Assembly: GCA_004431415.1 (NCBI GenBank)
Contig: QPMI01000019.1
Location: 1 to 58,747, forward strand
Source of the DNA: Cyanophora paradoxa CCMP329
Taxonomy: Eukaryota > Plantae > Glaucophyta
Length of the DNA: 58,747 bases
Direction: 5' to 3'
In this document: one piece after another, positions 1 through 13,138 of the stretch
Position numbering within the stretch: the first letter of the stretch is position 1
Layout: each line of letters opens with the position of its first letter
The notes under the pieces: model-generated
Database searches by the model: none
The model's input: the letters and a program-made list of their open reading frames with translations, nothing else
Told to the model about the DNA's origin: nothing
Translations under genes and position numbers: made by a program

Positions 1-691
1 GCGTGCGCGAGAGGGAAACCTCTCGGGCGCGATCAACGCTTGCAAGACCTTCGGGATCGAGTTCTTTCTGGATATCGATAGAGCGCGAGGCTCAGCGCTA
101 GCGCGGAGAAATCAATTGCAATCAAAAATCATGCTGCGCTCACCGTATGCTGCGCGCGAGAAATCAATTGCGCGCCAACAGCTTCACAACAGCGCGAAAA
201 TCGGCACTCACCTCGTACGCCTTCTTTCCCGCGGTGACACGAGTCTGCGAGGGCGCGGAGAGAGGCGTCAGCGAGACGTAGGCCAAGCACGCGTACGGGA
301 GAACAAACAGCGTCACCGGGTCCTGCGCGCGCGCGCAAAATTAGCACGCGCCGGACTTCAGATCGGGCGCGCGGGCCGGGCGCCGCACCTTCTCCGCCAT
401 CGTTGCTGAGCGCGCGCGAGTTTGCTTGCTTAAATGCAAAAACCTGTTCGAGCTCATCAGAGACGGCGCCTCGCGCCCCAACCGCGACGGCGACACGCGC
501 AGAAAATTGGGCGTCGCCTCAAGCCTTGGCGCGCGCGGGAGATCTAGAGGGCGCGGCTCATGGCGAACCTGCGAAGGGTTTTGGGTGGAGGTACCCCAGG
601 AACGAGAGCCGTCTACCCCCTGTCCGGGCTCGGAGCGTGTGGAGCCAGAGCGGAAGCGCGGTTCGGCGTACAGTTGTTTCTCGGCTGAGCG

Positions 692-3600
692 ATGCCGCCG
701 ACCGACACGGCGAGGCTCGCAAAGCTCGTGAAGAGCTTCGATCTGCCGGACGATGTGGAGCTCAAGGACGACTTCGCTTGCGCGGTTCAGGTGCGAGCTT
801 CTACGTAGAATCGACCCGCAGCTCCAGCACCCTTTCCGCGGGCGCTGGCGGCTCTTGCTTGCCGACGGCGGCCGCGCTAGCTCCTTCTGACGCCCCCGCA
901 GCTGCAGCTCCCGTTCCGCGGGCGCCTATACGTCTTCGCATCGCCCTCTGCTCCTGGGGGCTGGGTCTGCTTCAAGTCCTCTATCATCGGCGTGAGCCAC
1001 AAGGACTGCATCGCGGCGTCGGAGATCCTGCGGGTGGAGAAGGCGCTATGGGGCCTCATCCCGACTGCAATCAAGCGTGCGCGCTCTGTGCCCCTGCGCG
1101 GCGCTCCTCGCCGAACGCGCCCGACTCGCGGGGCGGGGGCAGTGGTGATGAAGGACGGGGGCGAGCACGTGTACGTGAACTTCATCTTCCGGGACGAGTG
1201 CTACGAGATGCTCGCCGCCGCCGTCGAGGCCGCCAAGCCGAAGGTCCGCTCCGCTCCGCTTTGCGCCGCGCCGCGCCTCCTCGCGGCCCGACCGGCGGCG
1301 GCGGCGGCGGCGGCAGAGCTCGAGGGGCGGCGCGGCGGCGGCCGGGGCAAAGTCCTCCTCGCGGGCGGCGCGGGCCGCACCCCGCGGGAAACGCAGCCGG
1401 ACGAGGAGGAGGCAGCGAAGGGTGCGCCGCCTCGCTCCGCCGCCGGCGCCGGCGCCGCCCCGCCGGGCGGCCCGACGAGCTGGCGGCGGCGCAGGGGCAA
1501 GCGGCACGAGCGGGCGCGGGGCGGCGGGCGCGCCTCGAGGGGCGCGGGGAAAGGGCCGGGGACGAGGAGGCGGACTGGTCGGCCCGCAGCTCGGGCTCCC
1601 GCGGCGCCCGCCGGCCCCCGAGGCCGCCGCCGACACGCGCGCGCCCCGCGCCCCCGGCCGCGGCCCCGCCGCCGAGGACGAGGAGGATGAGGAGGAGGTG
1701 GATGAGCGCCGGCCCTCGGCGCGAGACGGGTCCGAGCGGACAGCCGGGCGATCCCTGCGCGACTCGCGGAAAGCTGCGGCGGCGGCGTCGGCGGCGGCGG
1801 CGGCGGAGGAGGAGGAGGAGGAGGAGCGGAGACCGTCGGCGCGGGAAGGCAGGGAGCGGCCAGCCGGCCGGCCGCTGCGCGACTCGAAGCGAGCGGCGGC
1901 GGCGGCCGAGGAGGAAGAGGAGGAGGGGGGGGAGGCAGAGCGGGAGCCGTCAGCGCGGTCGAGCCGCCCGCTCCGTGAATCGAGGCGCCCAGCGGGGCAG
2001 GAGGAGGCGGAGGAGGAGCGGCGGCCCTCGGCGCGGGGCAGCGCAAAGGCGGAGGCCGGCGCCGGCGACGTGCGCTCCTCGCGCGGCTCTCGGCGGGCGG
2101 CGGCGGCGGAGGAGGAGGACGCGGAGGAGGCGGGGGCCAAGGGCCGCGCGGCAGCGAGGAGCCGCGGGGTGGAGGGCGGGCGGGGCCGGCGGCGGGTGAG
2201 AGGGCAGCGGGAGGAGGGTGGGAAAGGAGGCGGCGGGGGCGGCCTCCTCGTCCGCGGGGAGCAGTGCGCGGGACCTGCGCCCCGCGAGGGCCCGCCCCGC
2301 CGCCGAGCCCGCCGGCCCCGCCCCGCACCTCCCCCGCGGCGAGAGCGAGGAGGAGGAGGAGGAGCAGCCGGCCCCGCGCCCGGCAGCGGCCGGGGCCGGG
2401 CCGCCGCCGCCGCCGCTGAGAGCGGGAGCGAAGTGGAGGAGGACGATGACGAGGACGAGGAGGAGGAGGAGAGCGAGGAGGGGACGAGGCCGAGGAGGGG
2501 AGGGGAAGAGGCCGAGGAGGGGGCGCGGGGCGCGGGGCGGAGTGGCGGCTGCGGTCGCGGCGGGCGTCGGTGGAGGAGGCGGCGCGCTGCGCCCGCCGCT
2601 CCGACCCGGGGCCCTCGGTGCGCGCCCCGCCCCGCCCCGCCCCCGCGCAGCCGGGGCCGGGGCCGGGGCTGAGGGCCGGGGGGCAGAGGCGGTGCGGGTG
2701 GACCTGCAGCGGGTGACGGAGGCGCTGATGGGCAAGGAGCGGCGGCTGCAGTACTGGGAGGGGCCGGCGGCGGCGGTCCCGCTGAGCGCGGCGATGATGG
2801 CGCGCTGCCTGGCCCGCTGGACGCAGGTCCCGAGCTTCCCCGTCCGCATCGTCATCTTCTCCATGCTCAAGGTGCCCCCGGCGCGCCCCGCGCCGCCGGC
2901 CGGCCCCGGCCCTGGCCCACGGGGCGCGCAGGCGTCGGAGGCGATGGCGGCGGACAAGGCGCGGCAGGACGACGCCCTCGCCTACCTCCTCTCCAACGCG
3001 TCCGCCCGCCCCGCCCCGCCCCGCTGCCTCTCTTTCCTCCGCCCACGGGGGGCGCCCGGGGCGCAGGACGGCGCTGCACTGCCTGCTGGCGCGGGAGCGC
3101 GCGGAGATCGCGGAGGCGGCCCCCGACCCCGCCGCTCCCGTCCCCGCCGAGACACGCCTCGAGCTCTTCGACATGGCGCGCCGGGGCCCCTCCCCCGCGC
3201 CCTCCGCCGGCGCCGCTCGCCGGGGCGCTCACGGCGGCGGGGGCAGGCGATCGGGGACACGGCGACGGCGGCGCGGCGGATCTTCGCGCTGTGGGCGGGG
3301 GAGGCGGTGGCGGCTCTCACGGGCCTCGTCGCCTCTGGTATGCTGGAGGTCGCCGCCGGCCGCAGCGCCGTCCTCGCCACCTCCGCCGGCGGCGGCTCCG
3401 GCCCGCCGCCTCGCCGCCGGCCTCGCCGCCGGGCGGGGCGGGGAGACGCGGGCGGCGGCCTCGGCGCTGGCCTTCCTGGAGGACCTGCTCGGCATCTGCG
3501 GGCGCCACTTCCTGCTCCCGTCCGTCCGCTCCCAGCTCTTCCTCCAGCTCTACGCCGCCCTCGACGCCGGCCTCCTGCGCGCCCTCCTCGCCCCGGGGCG

Positions 3601-4201
3601 GCCCCTCCCGGGGCCCCTCTTCGGCTTCTCGCTGCGCATGGGCCTCAGCGAGTTCGAGGCGTGGCTCGCCGAGCGCGTCCACCCGCCGGCCCGCGGCGCC
3701 ATGTTCCCCCACCTGCGCGAAGCGAGCCAGGCGAGCGAGCGAGCGGCCCCTCCCCTGCGCCCCGCCCCCATCTCCTCCTGCCCCCTCTGAGCGCGAGGCA
3801 GGTGCTGATGCTGGAGCCGCTGGCGCTGCTCTCGGCGGAGACGCGGCGGGAGGTGTGCCCGCGCCTCCCCGCCGCCCACGTCGCCGCCCTCCTCGCCAAG
3901 CTCGCCGCCCTCGAGGGCGACGCGTGCGCCCGCCCCGCACCGCACCGCCCCGCCCCGGGCCCCTCCTCCAATCTGCGCGCGCAGGGCGCACCCGAGCGCG
4001 CGGGAGTGCCGGCAGGTGGCGGAGCGGCTGCAGAAGGAGGCGGGGGCGGGGGGCGGGGCGGCGGGGCCGTCGGTGGACCCGCGGGACCTCTTCCGCCTCG
4101 AGCTGCCCGAGGCGCGGGAGCTGCGGGCGCGCTGCCACGACGTCCCCGCCCCCGCCGCCCTCCGCGCCCTGCCCCTCCTCGCCTTCCTCTTCGAGCCCTA
4201 G
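692..4201 (+). CDS. Multi-exon protein with N-terminal GRAM domain, low-complexity acidic/basic linker and C-terminal Dilute (DIL) domain
   Basis: Spliced reading: MPPTDTARLAKLVKSFDLPDDVELKDDFACAVQ|LPFRGRLYVFAS..CFKSSIIG..EKALWGLIPTAIK|..NFIFRDECYEML (GRAM-like). Later QLFLQLYAALDAGLLRALL..LRMGLSEFEAWL..FPHLREASQ|VLML..REVCPRL (DIL-like). Stop TAG at 4199-4201. Middle exons are uncertain because of apparent indels. Confidence 0.7.
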
Positions 4202-4378
4202 GCCGCCCGCAGCCCCGCCTGCTCGGCGCCCCCTCGGACAAAGGTTCTGTCGCTGCTGCAGTGGACAGCGCTACCTGAAGAATCTATGGGGAGAGTGTAC
4301 AGGTGGGGGGGCCCCCCGGGGGTGGGGGCCGGGGCCGGGGCCCGGGCCGGGGCCGGGGCGGGGGTGGGGCCGGGGCCG

Positions 4379-7300
4379 CTACTGCGCCGGCTCCTCGGGG
4401 TCCTGGGCGTCGCGACCGGCGTCGAGCTGCAGCTTCCGCTTGACAGTGGCCATGTCCCGCATCAGCTCGTCCACCGCGTCCACTGCCCCGGGGCGAGAGT
4501 GAGGGGCGCCTCGAGCGGGGAGGGGGGGCGCGGGGGGCGCACGCTTGCGGCCGGCCTCGCGCTCGTTCGCGGCGCTCGAGTTCTTCATCAGCTCGAGGGT
4601 CGCCAGGTACTTGTCGGCCTTCTCCTCGACGGCCGCGAGGGCCCCCCGCAGCTTCTCCATGTCCTCGATGGCCCCCGCGACCTTGCTCGCCGCCTGCCGC
4701 GTGTCCGCCGCCTTGTCGCCCGTCAGCGCCTCGTTCACGCGCTCCTCGACCGCCCGGTTCAGCTCCCGCGCGTGCGCGTCCATCTGCGCGGCGTCGGCGC
4801 TCGCGCGGGGCGGGGAGGGCCGGGGCGGCGGCCGGCGCGCCTTCCCGGTGTACTCGACGAAGCGCTCGTCGAGCTGCTGCTGCAGGGCGCGCACCTCCTG
4901 CAGCGCCGCCTCCGCCCGCTCGGCGCCGGGCCCGCCCGACTGGAGCCCCGCGAGGGCCCCCTCCAGCTCCCCGAGGCGCCCCTCGAGCCTCGCCCGCTCG
5001 CCCCTCGCCTCCCGCTCCAGCGCCTCCACGCGCCCCGCCAGCGCCTCCGCCTCCGCCGCGCGGGCGCCCCCGCCCTGGAGCTCGCCGCGCAGCTGCGAGA
5101 CGGCCGCCTCGAGCTCGCTGAGCCTCGGCCCGAGGCGCTCGCCCATGTCGGCCTTGACCTTCGTCTCCATGAGCCGCCCGTCCATCTCCTCCACCCGCGG
5201 CCGCAGCGCCTGCACCGCCCCCGCCGTCAGCGCCAGGGCGGCGGGCCGGCGGGCCGGCGGGGGGGGGGGGGGGGGGGGCGGGGGGGGGGCGCACGTCGAG
5301 GTCGCGCTGTACCCCTGCAAGAACCTCGGACTGGCCGCCCGTCGCGGCCGATATCTGGCCCTCGACTCGCTGCAGGGATTCCTCCAGCGCGGCCGCCCGC
5401 CGCTCCGCCTCGGTCGCCCCGTCCCGCAGCGCCTACCGCGCCGCTGTGAGCGCGAGGGCCGGCGGGGAGAAGGGCGGACGCACGTCGAGGTCGCGCTGTA
5501 CCCCGCGAGAACCTCGGACTGGCCGCCCGTCGCGGCCGACATCTGGCCCTCCACTCGCCGCAGAGCCTCGTCGAGCGCGGCGGCGCGGCGCTCCGCCTCG
5601 GCGGCGCCGCCGCGCAGCGCCTCGACCTCCAGGGCGAGGGCCTGCAGGCCGCGCGCCGAGCCGCGCAGCTCCTCCAGGCCGGCCTCCTGCTGCGCCCGCG
5701 CCTCCCGCAGCTCCCCCACCTCGCCCCGCAGCTTCTCCAGCGTCTCCGACTGCCCGCCCGTCGCCTCGCTCAGGCCCTGCGCGATCCCCTTGACCGACTC
5801 CTCCAGTTCCCCCAGCTGCCGCTTCACGCCCTCCTGCAGCGCCCGCAGCTCCTCCGCCTGCCCGCCCGTCGCCGCCCCGAGCTCCGCCCGCAGCTCCGCC
5901 CGCAGCTGCTCGGCCTGCTTCTCCGCGAGCTCGCGGGCGCCCTGCAGGGCCTGCACGTCGGCGCGGAGCTCGGCGACCTGCTCGGCCGTGCCGCCGGCCG
6001 CCTGGCCGAGCGCCCCGCGCGCCTCGTCGAGCTCCGCCCGCAGCGCCGCCAGCTCCGCCCGCAGCGCCGCCCCGGCCTCCCGCTGGCCCTCCTCCAGCCG
6101 CGCCGCCACCCCGCCCACCAGCTCCTCCCGCACCCGCTGCTCGAGCGCCGCCGCCTCCGCCTCCCGCCTCGCCGCCTCGGCGCGCAGGTCGGCGGCCTGT
6201 GCCTCGGCGGCGTCGCGGAGGGCGCCGCGGAGGGCGTCGAGGGCGCCGCCCTCGGCCTCGAGGCGGCGCTGGAGGTCGTCGAGGTCCTCCCGCAGGCGCG
6301 CCGCCTCCCCGCCGAGGCCGCCCCCTGCTTGAGCGCCGCCACCTCCTCCCCGAGCGCCGCCACCTCCGTCCGCAGCACCGCCGCCGACGCCTCCTGCCGC
6401 CCCGCCCCGCCCCGTCAGCAGGGACGCGGGGGTGCGGGCGCGGGGCCCCGACCATGTCCGACTTGAGAGTGCGCTCGGCGTCCTCGGCCCGCTGCCGCGC
6501 CGCCGCCTCGGCCCCCGCGCCTCCTCCTCCGCCCGCCCCGCCGCCTCCCGCAGCTCCGCCGCCGCCGCCTCCAGCGACTCGCGCAGCGCGCGGGCCGCCG
6601 CCTCGGCCTCGGCGCGCAGCTTGGCGGCCTGCGCGTCGGCGCGCTGGCGGGCGGCCTCCTCGGCGCGGGCGGCGGCCTCCTCGGCGGCGGAGAGGGCGGC
6701 GCGCAGCTCGGCGACGTCGCCCTTGCGCTGCGTCGACTCGGCCATCACGTGGCCCGTCACCCCGCCAGCGCCCGGTCCACCCGGTCCCGCTCCGCGTCCG
6801 CCGCCGCCTGCGTCGCCGCCACGTCCAGCGCCCGCTGCGCGTCCAGCTCGCGCCGCGTCCGCTCCAGCTCCGCCTCGACCCGCTCCCGCAGCTGGCCCTG
6901 CTCCGCCCGCACGGCGCCCTCCAGCTCGCCGAGGCGGCGCTCGCCGGCGCGCGCCGCCGTCGCCGCCTCCTCGCGGACGGCGGAGATGCGGTCCTGCGTC
7001 TTCTTCTCGGCGGCGGCGGCGCGCTGCTTGGCGAGCTCGAGGTCCTCCCGCAGCGCCCGCTCCACCGCCGCCTGCTCGTCCAGCGTCCGGCTCACGTCGC
7101 TCTTCACGCTCCGCAGGAGGCCCGTCCAGTGCTCCCGCATCTGCGCCAGGTCGCCGTTCACGTTGTTCCCGAGCTGCAGCAGCTCGCCCCGCAGCTGCGC
7201 CTCTCCCGCCGACGCCGCCGCCGCGTTCCCGTCGACCTGCTTCTGCAGGTGCTCGCACGCCGTCCGCAGCTCCCGCACCCCCGCCTGCGCGGCAGCTCAG

Positions 7301-10300
7301 CGGCGGCGGCGGCGGCGGCGACGAAGGAGGAGGAGGAGGAGGGGGCGGGCCTCGAGCTGGCCGGCGAGGATGGCGTCGCCCTGCTCGGCCTGCGCCCGCA
7401 GCGTCGCCTCCTGCTCCCCGGCCCGCTTCTCGAAGCGCAGCTGCGCCGCCGCCAGCTCCTTCCCCGTCCGCTCCTCCACCGCCTGCAGCCGCTGCGCCGT
7501 CGCCGCCGTCGCGGCGCGCTCGCGCTCGAGGGCGGCGCGGGTCTCGGCGGCGGCGGCGTCGGCCTCGGCGCGGAGGGCGGCCTCGGAGCGGGCGAGGGCC
7601 TCGGAGAGGGCCCCGCTCGCCTCCGCCACGCGCTCCTCGGCGCGCTGGCGGCCCTCCGCGGCGGCCGAGGCGACGCGGAGCTGGAGGTCGCGCTCGACGC
7701 GGACGAGGTCGTCGCGGGAGCGGGCGAGCTCCTCCTTGAAGGCCTTCTGCAGCCGCGCGTGGTCCCGCAGCTCCGTCCACAGCTCCTTCTGCGCGTCCTC
7801 CAGCGCGTCCTCCAGCTGCCCCCGGCCCCCCTCAGAGGCGAGCGAGGGGCGAGGGTCGAGGCAGCGGAGCGCGGCGGGCCTGGGTGCGGAGGGCGTTGAC
7901 GGCCTCCTGGGCCTGCACGATGCCCTCGACGGTGGCCGCCCGGTGCCGCCCGAACTCGCCCCGCAGCTCCGCCTCCACCCGCCCCGCCGTCCGCTCCGCC
8001 TCCGCCGTCCGCTCCGTCGCCCACGCCCGCAGCTCCTCCACCGAGCCCGCCAGCTCCTTGCGCGTCCGCTCCACGCCCTCCGCCAGCTTCCCCCGCGCCG
8101 CCTCGTCCGCCGCCACGCAGTCCGCCACCGCGCGCGCCGCCTCCTCGCGTGCCGCCTGCGCCGCCGCCGCGAGCCGCCGGACGCTCGTCTCGAGCTCGGC
8201 GCGGAGGGCGCCGGCGGTGCTGGTGAGGAGCTGCTGGGTGGAGTCGGCGACGCGCTGCATGGACTGCTGGAGGGCGGCGTGCGCCGACTCGGCCTCGCGG
8301 CGCTGGAGCTCGACGGCGGCCTGGAGGCGCTGGCGGGCCTCGTCGCGCTCGGCGGCCGCCTCGGCGGCGAAGGCGGCGAGCTTGTCCCCGAACTCGCGCC
8401 GCTCCAGCGCCTGCCGCGCCGCCTCCGTCTGCATCTCCCTGCGCCCCCGGCCCGCTCGCGCCCCGGGAGGGGAGGGGCGGAGGGGGCGGGGGGCGCACGC
8501 GGCGAGCTGCTGGGAGCGGGCCTCGCAGGCGTCGATGCGGGAGAGGATGTCGAGGCGGGCCTGGCCGGCCGCCGCCGAGGTGTCCCCCGAGACGGCCGCC
8601 AGCAACTGCCGCACCGCGTCGTCCCCCACCACCCGCTCCCGGATCTCCGCCCGCAGCGCGTCCTCCAGCGTCTGCCGCTGCCCCGGGCGTCAGCTGCGCC
8701 CCGACTCGCGGGCCCCCCCAGCCAGCGCGGGCGCGCCTTGGACTCGAAGGCGTCGCGGGCCTGGTCGAGGGAGGCCATGACGCGGCCGATGGCCGTCGCC
8801 GCCTCCGCCTTGGCCTCCTCCGCCGAGCGCACCCGCCGCGCCTCGTACTCCCGCGTCTCCGCCGCGAGGTCCCGCCCGACGCGCTCGAGGCTGGCGCGCA
8901 GGTCCTCCTGCCCGGCGACGCGCTGGGAGCGCTCCTCGCGGAGGGCGCGCTCGAGGGCGTCGAGGCGCTGGGAGACGAGGTCGCGCAGGGCCGCCACCTC
9001 CTGGCCCCGCGCCCGATCCCGCGCTTCGTCCGCCGCCCCCGCCTGCCCCCCGCGTCAGGCGGGAGGGGAGGGAGGGGCGGGCGGGGCGGGCGGGCGGGCC
9101 TCGGCGAGGGCGCGGCGGCGCTCGTCGGACTCGGCGGCGAGCATGGCGGCGAGGTGCCCGACGCGCGCGTCCATGCGCGACGCGAGCTCCGCGTCCCGCG
9201 CCGCCGCCGCCTCCCGCGCCGCCTGCACCGCCTCCCGCACCTCGCTCGCCCGCGCGCGCGCCCCTGCCCCGCCCCGCCCGTCAGCGCGGCGGCGCCTCCG
9301 CCTGGCGGGGCGGGCGGGCCTCGTCGTCGGCGGAGAGGAGGCGGTCGCGGAGGCGGATGAGGTCCTCCTCGGCGGCCCGCAGGCGGCGCTCGAGCTCCGC
9401 CCGCAGGCCGCGCTCGTTCACGAGGGCCCCCTCGAGCTGCTCCCCGAGCCGCCCCTGCCCCGCCTCCAGCGCCTGCAGGCCGTACTGCAGCGCCTGCGCC
9501 CGCCCCTCCGCCGCCGCCGCTGCCTCCCCCGCCGCCAGCCGCTCCCGCTCCAGGCCCCGCCGCAGCGACCGCACCTCCTCCTCCAGCGCCGCCCCCCGCT
9601 CCGCCTCCGACTCCCGCTGCGCCCGCTCCCTGCCCCCGGACGCGGGTCGGCCGCGTCCCCCCGGGCGCCCCGGGCCTCGCCTCGCGCCCCCGGCGCACCG
9701 CTCCTCCTTGGCGCGGAACTCGCGCTGCAGGCGGTTGATGACCTGCGCGGGGCGGCTCGCCGGCTGGCCGGCGGGGCGGGGCGGGGCGGGGCGGGGCGGG
9801 CCTCGGCGTCCTCGCGGGCCTGCCGGCGGAAGCCGTCCTGCAGCTGCCCGAGCTCCGCGTCCAGCGCCCCCACCCGCTCCCGCACCTGCCCCGCCCCGCC
9901 TCAGCCCCCGCCCCCGCGCCCCGCCGCCCCGCCGCCGGCGCGCCTCCCTGACGTTGTCGTCGTCCTGCCGCACGAACTTGTCGAGCGTCGAGACGCTGCG
10001 GGGCGTGAGGGGCGGGGCGGCGGGGGGTGCGGGGCGGGGCGGGGCGGGGCGGGCACCGGGCCTGGAGCTCGGCGACGAGGGCCTGGACGCGCTCCTGCTC
10101 GATGCGGGAGAGGAGCTCGAGGCGCCCCCGCGCCTCCGCCTCCTTCCCGATCCGCTCCTCCTGCGCCCGCACCCGCGCCTCCAGCAGCCCCGCCCCGTGC
10201 TGCGCCTTGAACTCCCACTCCGCATCCCGCCCCGCCCCCGCCCCGCCCCGCGGCGGGCTCGCGCCCTCCCCGCGCCTGCGTCCGCGCCTCCACTCGGGCT

Positions 10301-10650
10301 GCGCTGCAGAGGCAGGGACCGGGGCGGCCGCACCCGCGCTTCTCGTCCCCGGAACGCGGTCTCCTCCCGCCCCGCCTGTCGTCCAGCGGAGGGCGCTCGT
10401 AGCCCGTCGGCTCCGGCTGACTGGCGATCCTCCGCCCCCCCGCCCCCGGCGCCGGCTCCCTGCATGCCTCGTCAGCGGGTGGCGCAGCCCTCGAGGCGCT
10501 TCTGGGCTACTGGGCTCACTTGTACTGGCCGAAGATGCCCCACATCTCGTTCTTCTTTTCTACGGGCTTGCCAGCGCGGGGGATGCTCTGAGCCGCCCGG
10601 TCGTCCTCGTCGCCCCAGTCATCGAAGCGGCCCCTGCCCCCAATCTGCAG
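4379..10650 (-). CDS. Long multi-exon Ala/Glu/Arg-rich coiled-coil protein, function unknown (5' end approximate)
   Basis: Heptad-like segments across several minus-strand ORFs (ELRAELGAATGGQAEELRALQEGVKRQL; LEDAQKELWTELRDHARLQKAFKEEL), separated by short introns. Stop at 4379. Confidence 0.65.
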
Positions 10651-11134
10651 ACTGCGTTACATGGCCGCCGCAATACGAAACCGGTCTCTCTGATTCTGAA
10701 ACAGGAGCTGCCACCGCTGGACGGAGTTGCGCTTCTCGAGGGGAAGCCGGAGAGCGCCAGTCTCTAGCTAATTGGTTCTAGATTCTCTAGCTACGCCTAA
10801 AACTGGCAGAGCCGGCCCTTGCCGGAGCGAGCAGGCTAGGCGTTCAGATTTGTCTGCGGGTGGGACGAGCAACCAGAGAGCAAGCGCAGCACGCACCGGG
10901 GGAAGGTAAGCCATTCTTCACCACCTCACCAAAGCTGCCCTTTGCGTTTACGCTCAAGACCTTCGTGTGCGTGTACCCCGCGACGCACTCTGTTCGATTG
11001 GAGCAGGTTCGCGCGTTGCTCCTTAGGGAGCCCAAATCAGCGACTAGAGTATTTGGAGCACATTGGCATCAGACACGAGCCATGCCCGCTTCGTCGTCAT
11101 TCCTGTCCTCACAGCTCTCTTTCTCCCGGCCAGG

Positions 11135-11491
11135 ATGGCGTTCTACAACCACCCCTTCCTGAAGTTTGCGGGCGCTGAGGCGAAGCGCATGTGGCCCTTC
11201 ACCGTCAGTGCGCACGACCATCGACCGACCACGCCTGGCGACTTCCATTGACGCGGCCGGCGCGCAGGCTTCACCTTGGTCTGGTACATGCTCGGCTTCC
11301 GCGTGGCGCAAGGCCTGACGCGTGCGGCCCGCCGTGCTGCATGATCGTGGCGCCTCGCCGACCCTCCTCCGCTTTCGCAGCCGAGCAAATCCGCAACTCG
11401 GAGTTCCTCACTGGTGCGCTCTGCCGCGCCAGCTCGCAGGGGCCGCCCTGATCGCCGCCGCACAGGCGTGCCCAACGCGAAGAAGCACTAA
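11135..11491 (+). CDS. Probable mitochondrial ATP synthase 6-kDa subunit (subunit i/j family), 4 exons, about 61 aa
   Basis: Spliced: MAFYNHPFLKFAGAEAKRMWPFTVSFTLVWYMLGFRVAQGLTPEQIRNSEFLTGVPNAKKH*. The E-x2-R-x-WPF, single TM and GLT-x-E-x3-NS-x-F pattern resembles the plant 6-kDa subunit. All three introns are GT-AG. Confidence 0.6.
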
Positions 11492-13138
11492 GCTCGTCAC
11501 CCTCGTGTCTGGGTCATGGGCATCGTAGCGTGTTGCGGCTTCTATCAAGTTGTATAAGTGTTGATAGGATATCTGGTTTCGTCTTCCCACGCCAAGGCCT
11601 CGTGGTCTCGTTTGAGTGGCGGCGAGGGTTGGGCAAGCCACCGCAGCGGCTAGTTCCCCTCCGTCCTTGCTGCAGGTCCAATCATCGCGAACGCGAGGAC
11701 CTCGGGGTCTCCTTCCTTTTCGCAGATCTTCTGTTGTCCCTGCCTGGCCTGCCCATCAAGAGTCTCTTGCTGGACAGGGTCTCTTTCTTTTTCCTTCCAA
11801 CGCTGGAGACTGTACTTCGAGAAACATGCAGGCTGCAGACAGAACGTCTACAAGCTAGACGGATCTCAACTTTGGGGCTCCAGTTCGTGGGATTGGACCA
11901 CGAGTGGCGCCCAGCCCGCCATCCACCGCCGGAGCAGCTTCGGTCGGCCGAGCACGGAAAGGCCCCCTTGAGGGAGGGAGTACGCCCCCCCCGGCACCTA
12001 GGTGGAGTGCCGAAGATTGCAGCACCGGTGGATCGGGAGGCGACGGCCCGCCGCGGGCGGAAGGTGCCCGCGGGGGGGAGCCTGCGCACGGCGGCGCGCG
12101 GCGCGCGCGCAAGGTCAGGTCACGCGCACGGGCAGGATTTGATCTCGAGATCGAGACAAGCTTCGCACCCGAGACGGCGCCACGGGAGGTGGCGCGCTGC
12201 TGAACTCGAAGCGCTGGCTCTACCGGCGCGCGCGTCCAAGGTTCGCCACGCTCATAAATGTTACTCGGTGACGGGGCCCGGCCGCCGGGCGCTCGATGAC
12301 AATAGACTCGATCCTGGAGACTGGAGGCTGCTTGGGATATCTGTCGTCTATTCTTTCGGGAGATTCTTTATCATGCACGCGGCGCCAGCAGAGGACTAGG
12401 GCGGGGCCTGCGGGGCGGCGCGGAGCGGGCACAGCATAGAGCGCTGGGAAGCGGAGGTCGTCGCGGCCGCCGGGTCAGCCGGGCGCCGCAGCACCGACGC
12501 GCGACGGGGTGAGGCGGGCCTCGGAGAGGGGAAGAGGTAACTATAGGTCTGCAGCCTGTTTGTGTTTCTCGAATCAGTTTATGTTATGAACCGTTTATGT
12601 TATGAACCGGGATCTGTGGGTCTAGATCATATAAGCCGCGAGCTCTCGCTCACTGCTAGCCGGCGGCTAGCCGGCCGCGGCGCTGGCGCCCGCAGCTGGT
12701 ACAATTTGATCCGGCGCCGCGGCCGGGCGTTCTGTATTCAGGAACGCAAATTGGCAGCAAATTTTCTCTCGGAATACGCTTTCGACAATGCAGCGTGACC
12801 CCTCTGTACGCAAGGCATGAGTTTTGAGAGCATGAGAGCCCCGGGTACAGGCACAGTTCTCGCCGCGCGATGCTGGCTCGCTCCGTTCTTAGGAAGGCCG
12901 TGCGCCGTGTATCGATCAATGGCGGTGAGTCATATGCTGCGCGGGTTCGCAAGGGTGGGTGAAGCGGCGTGCGGCGGTCAAGGATCGAGTGATTGCCGGC
13001 CGCTCGCTTTCTAGCGTTGTACAGTATCAATATAGCGTCATAAATAGCATGTGGATTCCTTCCGCCCCTTCGCGCCGGTCCCCCGTCGCCCCGGAACCAA
13101 TCGTGGCTGACCGTCGGCAGGCGCAAGCTCCGCTCGCA

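Noticed and set aside
100-520. Repeated GAGAAATCAATTG and GCGCGAAAAT-like motifs (possible E2F-type sites)
   Set aside because: Short, few copies and no independent support.
11530-12399. 289-aa ORF or possible small spliced gene
   Set aside because: No recognisable motif, and a consistent exon chain could not be built.
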